Below, piece by piece: positions 9,254 through 20,600 of a DNA stretch of 64,000 nucleotides; position 1 is the stretch's first letter, and the number at the start of each line of letters is the position of its first letter. A model generated the notes under the pieces. That model made no database searches, was not told where the DNA came from, and was given only the letters and a program-made list of their open reading frames with translations. Position numbers and translations under genes: made by a program. Location: the IMG/VR virus record IMGVR_UViG_2833005253_000001, positions 1 to 64,000 of that record; one strand, written 5' to 3'. The stretch comes from a virus (lineage: Duplodnaviria > Caudoviricetes).

Positions 9254-10552
9254 TTAAATGGATTTATCAACGAGTGCCGCTTCGGTCACATCGTCAAAGT
9301 CGTTTAAGGGGGTAGTAATAATGGCAGGTCTTGGGTCCGATTCCGGTGCGATAACGGGTTTAGCGTCTGCTCGCTCGATAAGCGCTTCCAGTTTTGCCCA
9401 TCGATGGGGTTTGTCTTTTTTAAGGAGTTTCTCAGCCTGGGGTGGGCTGATAATTTTCTTGTGGTAGATTTGCTCCTGTTTAAGTTTGGCGCCTTTTAAC
9501 AGGGTTTCGGCTTCACGTTCATCACCCCAGGTGCGATTACCCTGTTTGCCGGTAACCAGTTTAAAGCCAGGTACCGATTGCCCCGTATGTAATGCCTCGG
9601 CGACCCGATTTCGCAGGGCTTTACAAAAACTCTCTATCAAATCGACATGCGGGTAGAGTTTTGCCATTTGTTCAGGGGTTAGTAGCGTAATGCGTTTTGG
9701 TGCATCGCTTAATTGTGGTGCCAGCGGTTGGGTTAAATCGACAAAATCGCCTTTGACTTCATTATGGACGAATTGCGCCTGTGCAAAACACAATCCACCT
9801 TTTGCTTTACAAAACAGGCATTGTTTAGCCCCCGGTGAAAAGGCACTATCCGGTAGGGCATCGAGACCACTGCGCTCGGCAAGGCTTGTCATCTCCATGG
9901 CTTTTTGCGCCCTCAATCTGGCCAAATCACCAAAGTCTTTTAAGTCCTCAACTGATACTGCCCATTCAGACAGATGGTTAAGTCTGGGCTGATGGATAAA
10001 AAGCCGAACCGAGTTAAAATCATAAACAAGGTCAAACTGTTGTAAAGCGCCCAGCGCATAAAGCATGAGCTGCTCATTGTTCTGGGCATCCACTTTAACG
10101 CCTTTACCATATTTTAGGTCATGAATTTGTAGTTCATCACTACTTACGATAATTGCATCTGCGGTGCCAAACGAATTATCTACGCCAATGACCGCTGAAA
10201 AGTCCACCCGTTCTTCAACCTGTAACATTTTCCCGTTCGCCAGTTGCCAGACGGTATCGATATAGGTTTGGACGTGTTCAATCATCTCTTCATCCACTTG
10301 GGGTGAGTTGGCTTTTAGCAGCGGATACGTGCCGATATACTCTTTCGCATCAAAACCGTATGTTTGTCTACGCCCGTCACTAAACGGGTTTTTGCGCCTT
10401 TTTAAGATACTTTCCGCTAACGCATGCGCCGCGCTGCCTTCTTCAGCAAACGGCGATGTTTTATCGGGTAAGGTGGCTTCTAATGCGGCACTGCCAGGGC
10501 ATTTAAGCCATCTATGCGCTGAGGAGGGGGCAAGTTTTGCATGTTCAGCCAT
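9254..10552 (-). CDS. DUF2800 PD-(D/E)XK (Cas4-like) exonuclease
   Basis: [40 protein letters not shown]. Confidence 0.88.
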   Translation of the reverse strand: MAEHAKLAPSSAHRWLKCPGSAALEATLPDKTSPFAEEGSAAHALAESILKRRKNPFSDGRRQTYGFDAKEYIGTYPLLKANSPQVDEEMIEHVQTYIDTVWQLANGKMLQVEERVDFSAVIGVDNSFGTADAIIVSSDELQIHDLKYGKGVKVDAQNNEQLMLYALGALQQFDLVYDFNSVRLFIHQPRLNHLSEWAVSVEDLKDFGDLARLRAQKAMEMTSLAERSGLDALPDSAFSPGAKQCLFCKAKGGLCFAQAQFVHNEVKGDFVDLTQPLAPQLSDAPKRITLLTPEQMAKLYPHVDLIESFCKALRNRVAEALHTGQSVPGFKLVTGKQGNRTWGDEREAETLLKGAKLKQEQIYHKKIISPPQAEKLLKKDKPHRWAKLEALIERADAKPVIAPESDPRPAIITTPLNDFDDVTEAALVDKSI

Positions 10553-11468
10553 CGCTACCCTCTGATTTATCATCGGATAAAACGCTTTGGGCTTTTTCAA
10601 TAAACCGAGCTAAATTATCATCGGTAACATCACCTAGTTTTTTAGCGTTGAAGGATGCAAGGATATCCAGCGCTTCGTTACGATATCCGCCTTTGACCAA
10701 TTGAGTAATGCGTGCGGAGGCCTCACTGCGAAGCGCATTAAAATCAATCGGTTTGACCTCCGTCGGCGTAGGCAATTCATGCAGTAATGACAAGGCGAAT
10801 TCTCGACGTTCGGTAATACCAAAGAGATTATCCCAATTGGCCAGCATTTTTAGGCATAAATCAAAACTCGAGGTTTTTGAGAGCGTTTTAATGTTACTTA
10901 TGCCGTTTAAAGCGCAATAAAGCGCATCAATTTGTCCGGTAACGCCATCTGCTTTTTCGGCCGCAAAAGTGGCTTTGGCTTTAGCGACCTGCGTATGGTC
11001 AGGTTTAACTGCTTTATCACCGAACAAGACGGACAGGGAGACCACGTGACGCAAATCAAGCGATTCAATATCAACCGGTTCAGGTTCAATGGCTACTTTA
11101 GGGTCTTCAACCATCGGTTTAACGGCTTTAGCAGGTTTCGTTTCTGCCTTGGCGACTTTACCCTTTTTCTCGGCAACAACCGGTGCTGGCTTGTCATCGG
11201 CTTTAGTGTGTGCTTCGACAACAGGCGCAGGCTCAATGACTACTTTAGGCTCAACGATAACTGATGGTGCAACGGGTTGTGGCTTAACATCCTGCGCAAA
11301 GGGTTTCGGTTTATTTGCCTCTGTCGGTTCATGCGGGTCATGTTCAAATTGTACGACCAGCTGGCTAATTAACATTGTATGGGCTTCGGTCAGTTGATTA
11401 TGCGCCATTAGCATTTGCGTATGGTTTTCTGCCAGTCTGGCCAGCAGAGGGGTATTTGCGGTAAGCAT
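10545..11468 (-). CDS. Hypothetical APSE early protein with Pro/Ala/Lys/Val-rich linker
   Basis: 307-aa ORF overlapping the next gene; conserved position upstream of DUF2800. Confidence 0.75.
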   Translation of the reverse strand: MLTANTPLLARLAENHTQMLMAHNQLTEAHTMLISQLVVQFEHDPHEPTEANKPKPFAQDVKPQPVAPSVIVEPKVVIEPAPVVEAHTKADDKPAPVVAEKKGKVAKAETKPAKAVKPMVEDPKVAIEPEPVDIESLDLRHVVSLSVLFGDKAVKPDHTQVAKAKATFAAEKADGVTGQIDALYCALNGISNIKTLSKTSSFDLCLKMLANWDNLFGITERREFALSLLHELPTPTEVKPIDFNALRSEASARITQLVKGGYRNEALDILASFNAKKLGDVTDDNLARFIEKAQSVLSDDKSEGSDG

Positions 11469-11480
11469 GATGCGTCGACC

Positions 11481-11675
11481 TCAACGATATAAAGTGACAG
11501 GGAACGGGTAATGGGTGTTGCGTTTTAACGCGTCAAGTTTTCTCAAATAGCGTAAGCGCCGGACGTGGTTATTCATCGGAAATCGCTCCGATGACAGAAT
11601 TTTTGCTTTTTGCATAGTATTTTTTCCGATGGAGGGTGTTAGATAGGGTGATGCTTGGTTATTTAGCCACTTCAA
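11481..11675 (-). CDS. Small basic early protein (true start probably internal)
   Basis: First ORF after pL/boxA; Arg-rich HVRRLRYLRK. Confidence 0.45.
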   Translation of the reverse strand: MKWLNNQASPYLTPSIGKNTMQKAKILSSERFPMNNHVRRLRYLRKLDALKRNTHYPFPVTLYR

Positions 11676-11697
11676 GCGGCAGTGGTTTCCTGGTGTT
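11659..11697 (-). repeat. 39-bp hairpin-forming repeat, copy 1
   Basis: 34/39 identical to 8647-8685. Confidence 0.75.
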
Positions 11698-11905
11698 TTC
11701 TTGCAAACAAAATTTGTAAGCCAATCCGTTTTATTAATGTTGTTTGCGTTTGCCTTTCTTTCTCTGCCAGTGTTGCCCTTTCACGACCGTTATTCTTTAC
11801 GAAACGGTGCTAATCTTCTCGCCAACCGGATCGCGTTTGGCGGTACATCGCATTTTATGCGCAGGGGTCTCAACAGAAAAATCTGTGCTGTTCCGACTTT
11901 CTAAA

Positions 11906-11990
11906 TTGTTAAAGAGCAAGGCGTTTATTCATAAACGCATAACCAGTATTATGCGAAAAATACACTTAGTCAATTATTTTTCGCATTTAT
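11906..11990 (-). promoter_or_regulatory. pL promoter, operator-like ATGCG/CGCAT sites and boxA
   Basis: Minus strand: TTGACT (11968-11973), 17 bp spacer, AATACT (11945-11950); TGCTCTTTAACAA boxA at 11906-11918; ATGCG/CGCAT half-sites recur here and at 12770-12845. Confidence 0.65.
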
Positions 11991-12035
11991 TTTGCTAAAC
12001 CTTAAATAAGGTGGCGGTTTTAAAAAAGGGATTAC

Positions 12036-12734
12036 TTATTCTCTATAGTAAAGCGAATCTTTAGCAATACCCGCTACATAGATAATTTTTTCAATAGTTG
12101 ACGCGGCGAGACGTATCGGCGGATGGTTGGAGTTAATTGAAAGCAGATGAACAACATCATCTCTTTGATACAGAAATGTTTTTACCATAACCTGGCCGTG
12201 ATCGTCTTGAACGAGAACCTCATCACCCGGTTTATACTTATGGTTGGGCTCCATAACCACGAATTCTCCATGTTGAATTCTCGGCATCATGGATTCACCT
12301 TGACAACGAAGGGCAAAAGCATCTCGATCTTCAGTCGGCCAAATAATATAACCATAGTCATGTCCGGCTGAGGATTCTTTAGGATTCCAATATCCCCCTC
12401 CCCCCAATTGTGTTGTTCCCAGCACCGGCACCTTACAGAAGTTGAATGGAATAGCCTTGACTTCGACTCTTTCGTATGCTTTTGTCTTATTTTCTATAGA
12501 AATATGTGATGTGATTAAATCTTTATATAGCAATTCATTAGCTTCCACCCTAAAAAAATCCGCAATTTTTTGGATTATTTTTAATCGTGGACTTTTTACT
12601 TCCCCACTTAACATTCTATGTAGTGTAGGTTGTGGCATCCCAATTCGGCGTGATAGTTCAGCAACGCTTTTCACTCCTTTTTCAGCCATTAATTTCTTGA
12701 TATTCTTATTTAGTTTGGCCGTCATCATTCCCAT
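12036..12734 (-). CDS. cI: CI-like repressor (XRE HTH plus S24 autoprotease)
   Basis: SVAELSRRIGMPQPTLHRMLSG HTH; GESMMPRI (Ser) and MVKTF (Lys) S24 dyad. Confidence 0.92.
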   Translation of the reverse strand: MGMMTAKLNKNIKKLMAEKGVKSVAELSRRIGMPQPTLHRMLSGEVKSPRLKIIQKIADFFRVEANELLYKDLITSHISIENKTKAYERVEVKAIPFNFCKVPVLGTTQLGGGGYWNPKESSAGHDYGYIIWPTEDRDAFALRCQGESMMPRIQHGEFVVMEPNHKYKPGDEVLVQDDHGQVMVKTFLYQRDDVVHLLSINSNHPPIRLAASTIEKIIYVAGIAKDSLYYRE

Positions 12735-12764
12735 TATGTTACTCCCCTTTAATCCTATATAAAA

Positions 12765-12850
12765 TTCAAAATATACTTTTACGCATATTATATTTAAATT
12801 TAAATAAATCTTTCGCATTGCAAATATTTATGCGAATTGGTATTTTTGAA
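12765..12850. promoter_or_regulatory. oR region between divergent cI and cro
   Basis: AT-rich intergenic region with ACGCATA, TCGCATT and TATGCGAA motifs shared with the pL region. Confidence 0.55.
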
Positions 12851-13114
12851 CACTTAAAGGAAATGAACAATGGGAGAAAGACCGTGTATAAGAAATCACC
12901 TATAGAAATCGTCCAGGCATTATTAGCGCAGGGATTAACTCAATCAGAAATAGAAGCTAATACGGGTATTAAACAGCCTTCAATAAGCCGAATACTGACA
13001 GGAAAGAATAAAGATCCGCGTATATCTACCATGGTTGCCTTAGAAAAATTGTATTTAGAGCTAGCCACTAATTCTTTTAGTACATCAAGGCTAAATAAGT
13101 CAAAGGCCAAATAA
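12818..13114 (+). CDS. cro: Cro-like HTH regulator (true start probably downstream)
   Basis: GLTQSEIEANTGIKQPSISRILTG HTH; divergent from cI. Confidence 0.85.
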   Translation: MQIFMRIGIFEHLKEMNNGRKTVYKKSPIEIVQALLAQGLTQSEIEANTGIKQPSISRILTGKNKDPRISTMVALEKLYLELATNSFSTSRLNKSKAK

Positions 13115-13117
13115 CCT

Positions 13118-15391
13118 ATGCAAATAAGTTATTCCGTCGGGCGTAGTGTTAATGACAAACGCCCGAGGCCTGCTGTTGCTGACTCTTTTGCCGAGTATCA
13201 GCGGGCGATAAAAAAATTAACCAAACATATTAATATTAGTCCCACCGATCCAAAAGCCATTTTCGACAAAAAGAAAAAAGCCCTTAATTATATCTGGGGC
13301 GCAATGAAAAATGCCAAGAAAGGGCGTAATGCCCTTAATGCGGGTAAACGCAGCGTGCTATGGCTCGACATGGACGGTTGTACGTTAGCGGCGTGGGACA
13401 TGCTAACAGGTATTCTCCGTTTTTATCGATGTTTCGCTTATACCACTGCCAGCCATGAACACCCTGTTGCTCAGGGTGAACAACGCTGGCGCATTGGTTT
13501 TTTGTTGTCCCGTGATGTGACTGCATCAGAGTACAAACAGCTAGGGCCCCGCATTGAACAGGAGTTGATAGATTGTTTCGAATGGCTCAGTGATTTAGCA
13601 ATCAAGTGGGACAGCTCTGTCTATGAGCCGTCGCATATGATTTTTGCGCCTCATGAAGGGGCTAAGTACGAAAGTTTTGAAGGCACGGTGATCGATGTGG
13701 ATACGTTATTAGCCTCGGATAATACGCCTGTTATTGAGCATGCTGATGTCCCTAAGACTGCTGATGACGATTTAACCCGTTTAGTCGATTTGCAAAATAT
13801 CAATGACCAGACGTTTGAAGATTTACGTTCCGCATTATGGTATCCGAAAATATTAAACCAGGCCGAGAATTACCCTTCATGGGTCGATATGGGCAATCGC
13901 CTCGCCTGGTTCAAAGACACACGCTTTGAAGATGAAGCTAAAACGATGTGGCTTGATTGGTCTTCTGCAGCGGCTAAAGGTGATATCGAAGCCGCCGAAG
14001 CCAAATGGGCTGAACTACGTGCTGATAGAACAGGTTATCAGGCGATATTCAGTTTAGCGCAAAAAGCTGGGTGGGTAAATCCCGGTGCTGAGCGATTAAA
14101 AACTGCGGTAGCTACGGTAGATGAGTTCGACGATCTAACAGATCCTACCGAAAATTCAAAATGGCCTACGTTTAAACGCAATAGAACGTCAGGCCAAATA
14201 GAAGCCACCATTGACAACGCGGCTAAAGCGGTTATGTGCGCCGATTTTGTCGGTGTAGAAATTCGGTTTGATACTTTTCGTGATGAGATCATGTTTGCCC
14301 CTGTTGGCACTAAAGAGTGGCAAACCTTTACCGATGCCGATTATTCCCGATTGCGTATCACAATGGAAAAGCGAGGCTTTAGAGCGGTTGGACGTGAGTT
14401 AATTCGCGATGTGGTATTACTGGCAGCCGTTGAGAACCCCTTTGATTCCGCTATGGAATGGCTAAAAAGCCTCGAATGGGACGGCATACCGCGTATCGAA
14501 ACGTTTTACCATACCCATTTTGGTACTGAAGATACCGCTTATACCCGTGCGGTATCGCGCTATATGTGGACCGCCCTTGCGGGACGTGTGTTAAAGCCCG
14601 GTATCAAAGCAGATATGGTACCGATCTTGGTGGGTGCGCAAGGTTCTGGAAAATCGTCTGGCGTGGCGGCATTATCCCCTGATCCGACTTTTTTTACTGA
14701 AATTTCCTTTGCTGAAAAAGATGATGATCTGGCACGTAAGATGCGGGGCTGTCTGGTGGCAGAAATTAGCGAATTACGCGGACTTAATACCAAAGAACTG
14801 GAATCTATCAAAGCCTTTGTCACGCGGACACATGAAAAGTGGATCCCCAAGTTTAAAGAATTCGCCACCCAATTTCCCAGACGCTCATTGAGTATTGGTA
14901 CTACGAATGAAGATGAATTTTTAGGTGATAAAACCGGTAATCGGCGTTGGCTGCCCGTTGAAGTTGGAAAAATGGATGTAGAAGGTATCAAAAAGGATGT
15001 CATTCAACTTTGGGCAGAAGCGCGAGAACTATTTAACGAAACCGGTATTCAATTTCAAGAAGCAGAGCAATTGGCTAATCAGGTACATGAAAAGTATTTT
15101 ATCAAAGATGCGTGGCAGGAAATTATCGAGCGTTGGTTAGATGAACCGGATTTAATGACAGGACAAAAACCACGGGCACGGCAATTTTTACGATCTGCAG
15201 ATATTTTACGTGAAGCATTGAACCTTGAACCGAAAAATATATCGCGACGGGAACAAATGCGAATGGGCCATGTTTTGCAAAATTGCAACTTTAAACAAGT
15301 TCAACGTCGAATAAATGGAAAAGTTTGTCGAGTTTGGGAGTTATGTACCAACCTGTACCAACCTAAAATAGGTAGGTTGGTACACTATTAA
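13118..15391 (+). CDS. Primase-helicase (AEP-like N-terminus, PriCT-2, VirE/VapE SF3 helicase, C-terminal winged helix)
   Basis: WLDMD and YTTASH primase motifs; YPSWVDMG PriCT-2; GAQGSGKS Walker A; GTTNEDEFL..GNRRW. Confidence 0.9.
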   Translation: MQISYSVGRSVNDKRPRPAVADSFAEYQRAIKKLTKHINISPTDPKAIFDKKKKALNYIWGAMKNAKKGRNALNAGKRSVLWLDMDGCTLAAWDMLTGILRFYRCFAYTTASHEHPVAQGEQRWRIGFLLSRDVTASEYKQLGPRIEQELIDCFEWLSDLAIKWDSSVYEPSHMIFAPHEGAKYESFEGTVIDVDTLLASDNTPVIEHADVPKTADDDLTRLVDLQNINDQTFEDLRSALWYPKILNQAENYPSWVDMGNRLAWFKDTRFEDEAKTMWLDWSSAAAKGDIEAAEAKWAELRADRTGYQAIFSLAQKAGWVNPGAERLKTAVATVDEFDDLTDPTENSKWPTFKRNRTSGQIEATIDNAAKAVMCADFVGVEIRFDTFRDEIMFAPVGTKEWQTFTDADYSRLRITMEKRGFRAVGRELIRDVVLLAAVENPFDSAMEWLKSLEWDGIPRIETFYHTHFGTEDTAYTRAVSRYMWTALAGRVLKPGIKADMVPILVGAQGSGKSSGVAALSPDPTFFTEISFAEKDDDLARKMRGCLVAEISELRGLNTKELESIKAFVTRTHEKWIPKFKEFATQFPRRSLSIGTTNEDEFLGDKTGNRRWLPVEVGKMDVEGIKKDVIQLWAEARELFNETGIQFQEAEQLANQVHEKYFIKDAWQEIIERWLDEPDLMTGQKPRARQFLRSADILREALNLEPKNISRREQMRMGHVLQNCNFKQVQRRINGKVCRVWELCTNLYQPKIGRLVHY

Positions 15392-15626
15392 ATATATTAA
15401 TATCAATAAGTTAAATGTAGTGTACCAACCGTACCAACCTTTTTGTTATTAATAGCCTTAGGTAAGTCTATGGCATACAAAACATTACATAGAAGGTTAT
15501 AGATAGCTTATATATATATTTAATAGCGAAAAGGTTGGTACGGTTGGTACGGTTGTTACATTCTTTCAAAATCAATAACTTATGGTGTACCAACCTACCT
15601 ATTTTAGGTCGTTACAGGTCGTTACA
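15344..15626. other. Putative APSE replication origin: symmetric GTACCAACC iteron array
   Basis: Outer inverted repeat 15344-15385/15585-15626; inner inverted repeat 15422-15443/15529-15550; AT-rich centre; IHF consensus matches at 15401-15413 and 15570-15582. Confidence 0.75.
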
Positions 15627-15818
15627 CCTACGAACGGCAAAAAATTTCCCCGTTCACAACAGGAGCGAAAATAACAGGAGTAGAGACATTGAGAAAATAT
15701 GACTTCACTTGTTGTGCAGGTAATTCATATGCGGGTTGCTACTACCAGTGAACTGACAAATTCACCCCACAAAATATTTCGAATAAAGCAATTAGAGTAA
15801 GACTGAGGGTAAAATGCG

Positions 15819-16265
15819 ATGCGCAGAGATATTAAACAAGTGTTAGAGCGATGGGGAACCTGGGCCCGTGATAACAACACCGGGATAGACTGGTCGCCGA
15901 TAGTGGCAGGTTTTAAGGGATTGCTCCCATTACGCCCGTCTATGCGCCCTTCGTGCTCGGATGAGGATGGTCTTATTATCGATAATTGCGTTTCGCAATT
16001 GCAAAAAGTACGCCAGCCTGAAGAACTAAGTTTAATTATTGCGTATTACGTCAAGGGCTATTCGAAGCGGGCCATCGCTCGCCGACGTCGAGTGGATGAG
16101 GGGCTGATACGGGCAAAATTACTGATTGCCGAAGGATTTATTGACGGTTGCTTATCGCTGCTCGCCGTGCGATTAGACATGGACCCCGAGGTTAAAATGT
16201 ATTCGCCACAAAAAAGTGAAAAAAGGATTAGTGCGGTCCGCAAAAAGTTTGTTAATGTGCTATGA
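15819..16265 (+). CDS. Q: Antitermination protein Q
   Basis: MRRDIKQVLERWGTWAR, CSDEDGLIID, AEGFIDGCL (933W/82 Q-like). Confidence 0.92.
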   Translation: MRRDIKQVLERWGTWARDNNTGIDWSPIVAGFKGLLPLRPSMRPSCSDEDGLIIDNCVSQLQKVRQPEELSLIIAYYVKGYSKRAIARRRRVDEGLIRAKLLIAEGFIDGCLSLLAVRLDMDPEVKMYSPQKSEKRISAVRKKFVNVL

Positions 16266-16517
16266 GTCGGTGATTTAGCTTGATCGAACAAATCAAGGTA
16301 GTGAGCCGATAGTCACAGCATATTAGTGGTGAATGATTCACAAATTTTCTTTCTGCGTCATAGTCCGCTCCATAAAAATATCCGTTTGATAAAATTCACA
16401 TCTGAAAACATAAATTAATATTGAAATTACCTCGCTGATACATGTGTACGGCGCAGTAATCCTTTTAAAAAAAAAACTATATTTTACTTTTAATAAACCT
16501 ATTGTCGAGAAATAAAA

Positions 16518-17585
16518 ATGACTGAAGCAACACAATCCGATAATCCAAATGATATCGATAGCCTTAGTACACTAAAAATACAAGCTGTTTCTGGAAATCT
16601 ATCACCTAGCATATATGCCAACGGGAGAAATCAGCTGCCCATTGAAATTACAGCCAAAGCGGTCAATAAAGACGGGAACCCGCTTAAATTTTCTAACAAT
16701 ACGTGGATTTCTATATTGAATTTATGTTTTGCTGAATCTGATAAAAAACTCAACAGAAACGGTAACAGCGGTTGGTGTTTTACGGAGGTGGAAAATCAGT
16801 ACAGTAAAGAAATTCAGCTAGGCTCACACCGTAGCAAGCGATTCCTTAGCGGCGAAGATGGCACGGCCATTATTATTCTGTATGTTTACACTGATGATAT
16901 AAACACAAAACGTATCGCCGTCAGTGTCGATACGCCTAATGGTAAACACTTTACTACCGCAGATATTCACTCTGGCGCTGAAAAAATGTCAGTTACGGTT
17001 GCTGCTATTCAGCAAATAATTTATCGTAAAAATATGCTGACTATCACTCCGATTTATGAACTAGAGAAAGGGGTAAACAAAGTTATTTATTCGGATGGAT
17101 ATACGCGAGAATTTGATTGTCATTACGATAATTATTACATTACGATACCTTTGCCTATAATTAATGCTATCGCTCATGGCTACGGAAACGGAACGACATA
17201 CCCAAAATGGATATGTGCATACGATAAGCAAAGCAACAATCAGCATATGATTGTTGCACATCCCGATAATACTAAAAAAGGAACAGAGACTTTTGGTTTC
17301 GAAGGTAGAGCTACATTCTTAGGGTTGGACAGTGGTGCTAGATTTGACCTAACAAAAAAAGTCACTTTTAGTGAACATGATAATGCCATTTGCTTCACGC
17401 AGATTGCTTTTCAAACAGGTGGGAATGCATGGCGACTTAATGATGGGCAATGTCTAAGTAATTTCGTCCCATATGCGTTTGACACGTGGTTTGAACTTTT
17501 TGATATATATGGAAATTATGGCAAGTTTAACGTTCAATTTACCGACGATAAGCTATATATCAAAATAACCGATAGATATAAATAA
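16518..17585 (+). CDS. Uncharacterised toxin-cassette protein, 355 aa
   Basis: Long AT-rich ORF between Q and the YD toxin; IYANGRNQLPI motif; beta-rich composition. Confidence 0.8.
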   Translation: MTEATQSDNPNDIDSLSTLKIQAVSGNLSPSIYANGRNQLPIEITAKAVNKDGNPLKFSNNTWISILNLCFAESDKKLNRNGNSGWCFTEVENQYSKEIQLGSHRSKRFLSGEDGTAIIILYVYTDDINTKRIAVSVDTPNGKHFTTADIHSGAEKMSVTVAAIQQIIYRKNMLTITPIYELEKGVNKVIYSDGYTREFDCHYDNYYITIPLPIINAIAHGYGNGTTYPKWICAYDKQSNNQHMIVAHPDNTKKGTETFGFEGRATFLGLDSGARFDLTKKVTFSEHDNAICFTQIAFQTGGNAWRLNDGQCLSNFVPYAFDTWFELFDIYGNYGKFNVQFTDDKLYIKITDRYK

Positions 17586-17693
17586 CAAAAAAATACCATG
17601 ACCGGTAAACTCTTCTCATTTTTTACCCTCGCGTGATGTAACTGATTATCGGTCATCACCTTTCACTTATCATAGTTGTTACTCAAAATTATC

Positions 17694-20600
17694 ATGAACT
17701 CATCTTCACACTATACCAGCGCCGGTAATTTTATCAGCGCCGTTCAGGGCAGCGTCGACCCACGGACTGGATTGTTTAATCTGCAGCTTCCTTTGGCCAA
17801 TATTCATGCGAATGGGCTGACGGGCCCGTCGTTATCACTTGCCCTGATGTACTCGCCCTTATCAACGGCAAATCCGACGGGATTTGGTATTGGTTTTCGG
17901 TTGAACTTATCGCAATACGATAAAAATACCGGCCAACTCTTGCTGTCTACGGGTGAGGAGTACCGCGTTGACAGTAATGGCAGGGTAAAACAGCAAAAGC
18001 TGAAAACCTTTGTCTTTAAAAAAGCGGATAAAAATACCTATCAGGTCATTCACAAATCGGGTCTAATAGAGCGTTTATCGCTACGTAGCGGTGAAATTTA
18101 TGTTCCGACGCAGATTGCCTCCGCTGAAGGACGAACGTTACACCTCAGCTGGGACTCGCAGTTTTCTCCCGCCAGATTGACCCAAGTGACCGATGACGAT
18201 GGGCATATTCTTTGCGCAGTGGCCTACCCGGATAAAAACTCAGGCTTCACGCGTTTCACTCATTTGCCGGATAGTGTGGATCTCAGCTACAAAATAATCT
18301 TTGAGTTCATCAACGACAGGCTAAAAAGCGTTACCAGTGATGCGGTTGACCCCGCATTGGTCTGGTCTTTTGACTACGACGATGTTGGGTCCCAAGCCCG
18401 TTACCGGGCGATTACCGCCGTGCATTCGCCCACCGGCCTAACAGAAACAGTCAGTTACCATACCCAAACGGCTGACAGTATGGCCTTCCCGGAGATTGCC
18501 AACCTTCCCCCACTTCCCTGTGTCCATCGGCACACCGTTATTCCGGGCGGCGAACAGCCGCCCAGTGTGACCAACTGGACGTATACGCAAAAAAACTATT
18601 TAGGGAAAGATGCGGGCTTTAATCTGTGGCAGCCAGATAAAGACCAGATGTTGAACTTCTTTCTGCCTGATTATCAGTACGGCTCTACCGAGCAACGGTT
18701 GGATGCGGACGGCCATATTCTTTGTCAGGTAACCCGCCGCTACAACGCCTATCATCTGCTTGCGTCTGAAAAAACGGTGCGGGAAGGCAAAACTCATCTC
18801 AGTGAGACCGAGTATTACGCAAAAGCGGGGGTTAAATTTGATGACCAACCGACTCAGTATGCTTTGCCGAAGATGCAAAAAGAGACGTGGTCCGAACCTG
18901 GCGAAAAAGGAGGTACCGCTGCTCGCACCGTGGTGACACATTATGCATTTGATGAATTCGGCAATCCTGTGAGCCAGAAAGCCCCGGACGGCACTCTGAG
19001 TGAATACACCTATTACTCTGCCGAAGGAGAGGGCAGTAACTGTCCGGCAGACCCGTATGGCTTTACCCGGTATGTTAAAAGCCAATCGCTCACCCCGTTA
19101 CAAAAGAGCGGTCGTGAACCGAAAAATATGACCCGGTACACGTGGCAGCCGTTAGCGGCATTAGAGACAATAGCAGGTAACGGCTATGCCGTGGTGCAAA
19201 AAACGGTCGAGCAAACCACGGGAAACAAACGTAGCCTGACGGAGAATACCTATTATGCTGATAAGCATTCACGCCCGCTATATGGGCGCCTTCATCGCCA
19301 AACTATCACGTTAACACCCAATATCCTTCAAGAAAAAACGTTTACGTATAGCCAGCTATTCACTTACACCATGACGGAGCAGGCTGTCACTGAGCATCAC
19401 GCGTTCACGGGCCACGACGGGCTAACGGCAAAAAACACCACCGTTAGACACATCAGCACAGGCAATGTGTTGTCTGAAACCTCTGCCCAAGGAATAGAAA
19501 CCCGTTATGCTTACGATAAACTGGGACGGATAATCCGTCGGACACTCTGTCCTGATTCAGTGTATACCAACACCAGCACCTGGGAATATGGGATTCATCC
19601 GGCAGGGCCTTATTCAATCGAAACGGATGCACGGGGAAATAAACATAAAACAACTTTTGACGGTGCGGGCCGGGAACTCCATCAAGACACCTTTGATACC
19701 GAGACGGCGCGGTGGTATGCCACCTTTAGCTGTCAACATAATCAGTTAGGTGAGGTTAGCTCCGGTACCGTCAAGGATTGGTTAACCGGAAGCCAGACGG
19801 CTTACCCGTTAACCTCCGAGATTACCTATGGCGGATGGGGAGAAAAGAAAGCGGTCTCGTTCTCTGACGGTAGAAAATCGCTGCAACAGACAGACCCCAT
19901 TGCGCTCACGCAGACCGTTTACAGCCAGGGCGGTAACGGTAATACAGCGCTGACTAGCGCTAGCGTGACCACCACGTTAGATAAAATCAGTCAGCTTCCG
20001 CTTAATAAAATCGTCAAAGACCTCACCGGGGCAAAATATAGCGAATCCACTTATCAGTGGGATGGCCTAGGGCAGTTACTCGAAGAACAGGACGAGCTGG
20101 GTCAGATTACACAAAGAACCTATGATGAATATGGTCGGGTATTAACCCAAGCATTGCCTGACGGTACCGTCGTTGGCCGGACGTATGCCCCTCACCTTAC
20201 CGGCAATGCGGTGGCTTCCATTAGCGTCACCGGCCCCGATGCCAATGGTGCGTCCAAAACCTGGGAGCTCGGGACTCAAACATTCGATAGTCTAGGCAGG
20301 GTGACGGAACGCGTCAGCGGGGGTCGCACGACCGCCTATCGCTATCAGGGCGTCTCGCCCACGCCCTCAACGATTACCCTACCATCGGGTAAAACAGTGG
20401 AATACACCTACATTCCAGAATTAGGGAATGTCGTTAGCAGAATGAAGGCTGATGGTATTAGCCAAACATTCAACTATGACAAGCAAACCGGAAAATTACT
20501 GAACGCTCAGGAAGACAGCGCCAAGCTTGAAAACACCTGGTCAAAGGCCGGCCAGTTGAAGGAAGAGGGATTTTTACATAATGCACAGAACCGCAAGGCA

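Noticed and set aside
9254-10552. Cas4 / CRISPR adaptation gene
   Set aside because: DUF2800 nuclease in its usual SSB-polymerase replication context; no array or cas1/cas2.
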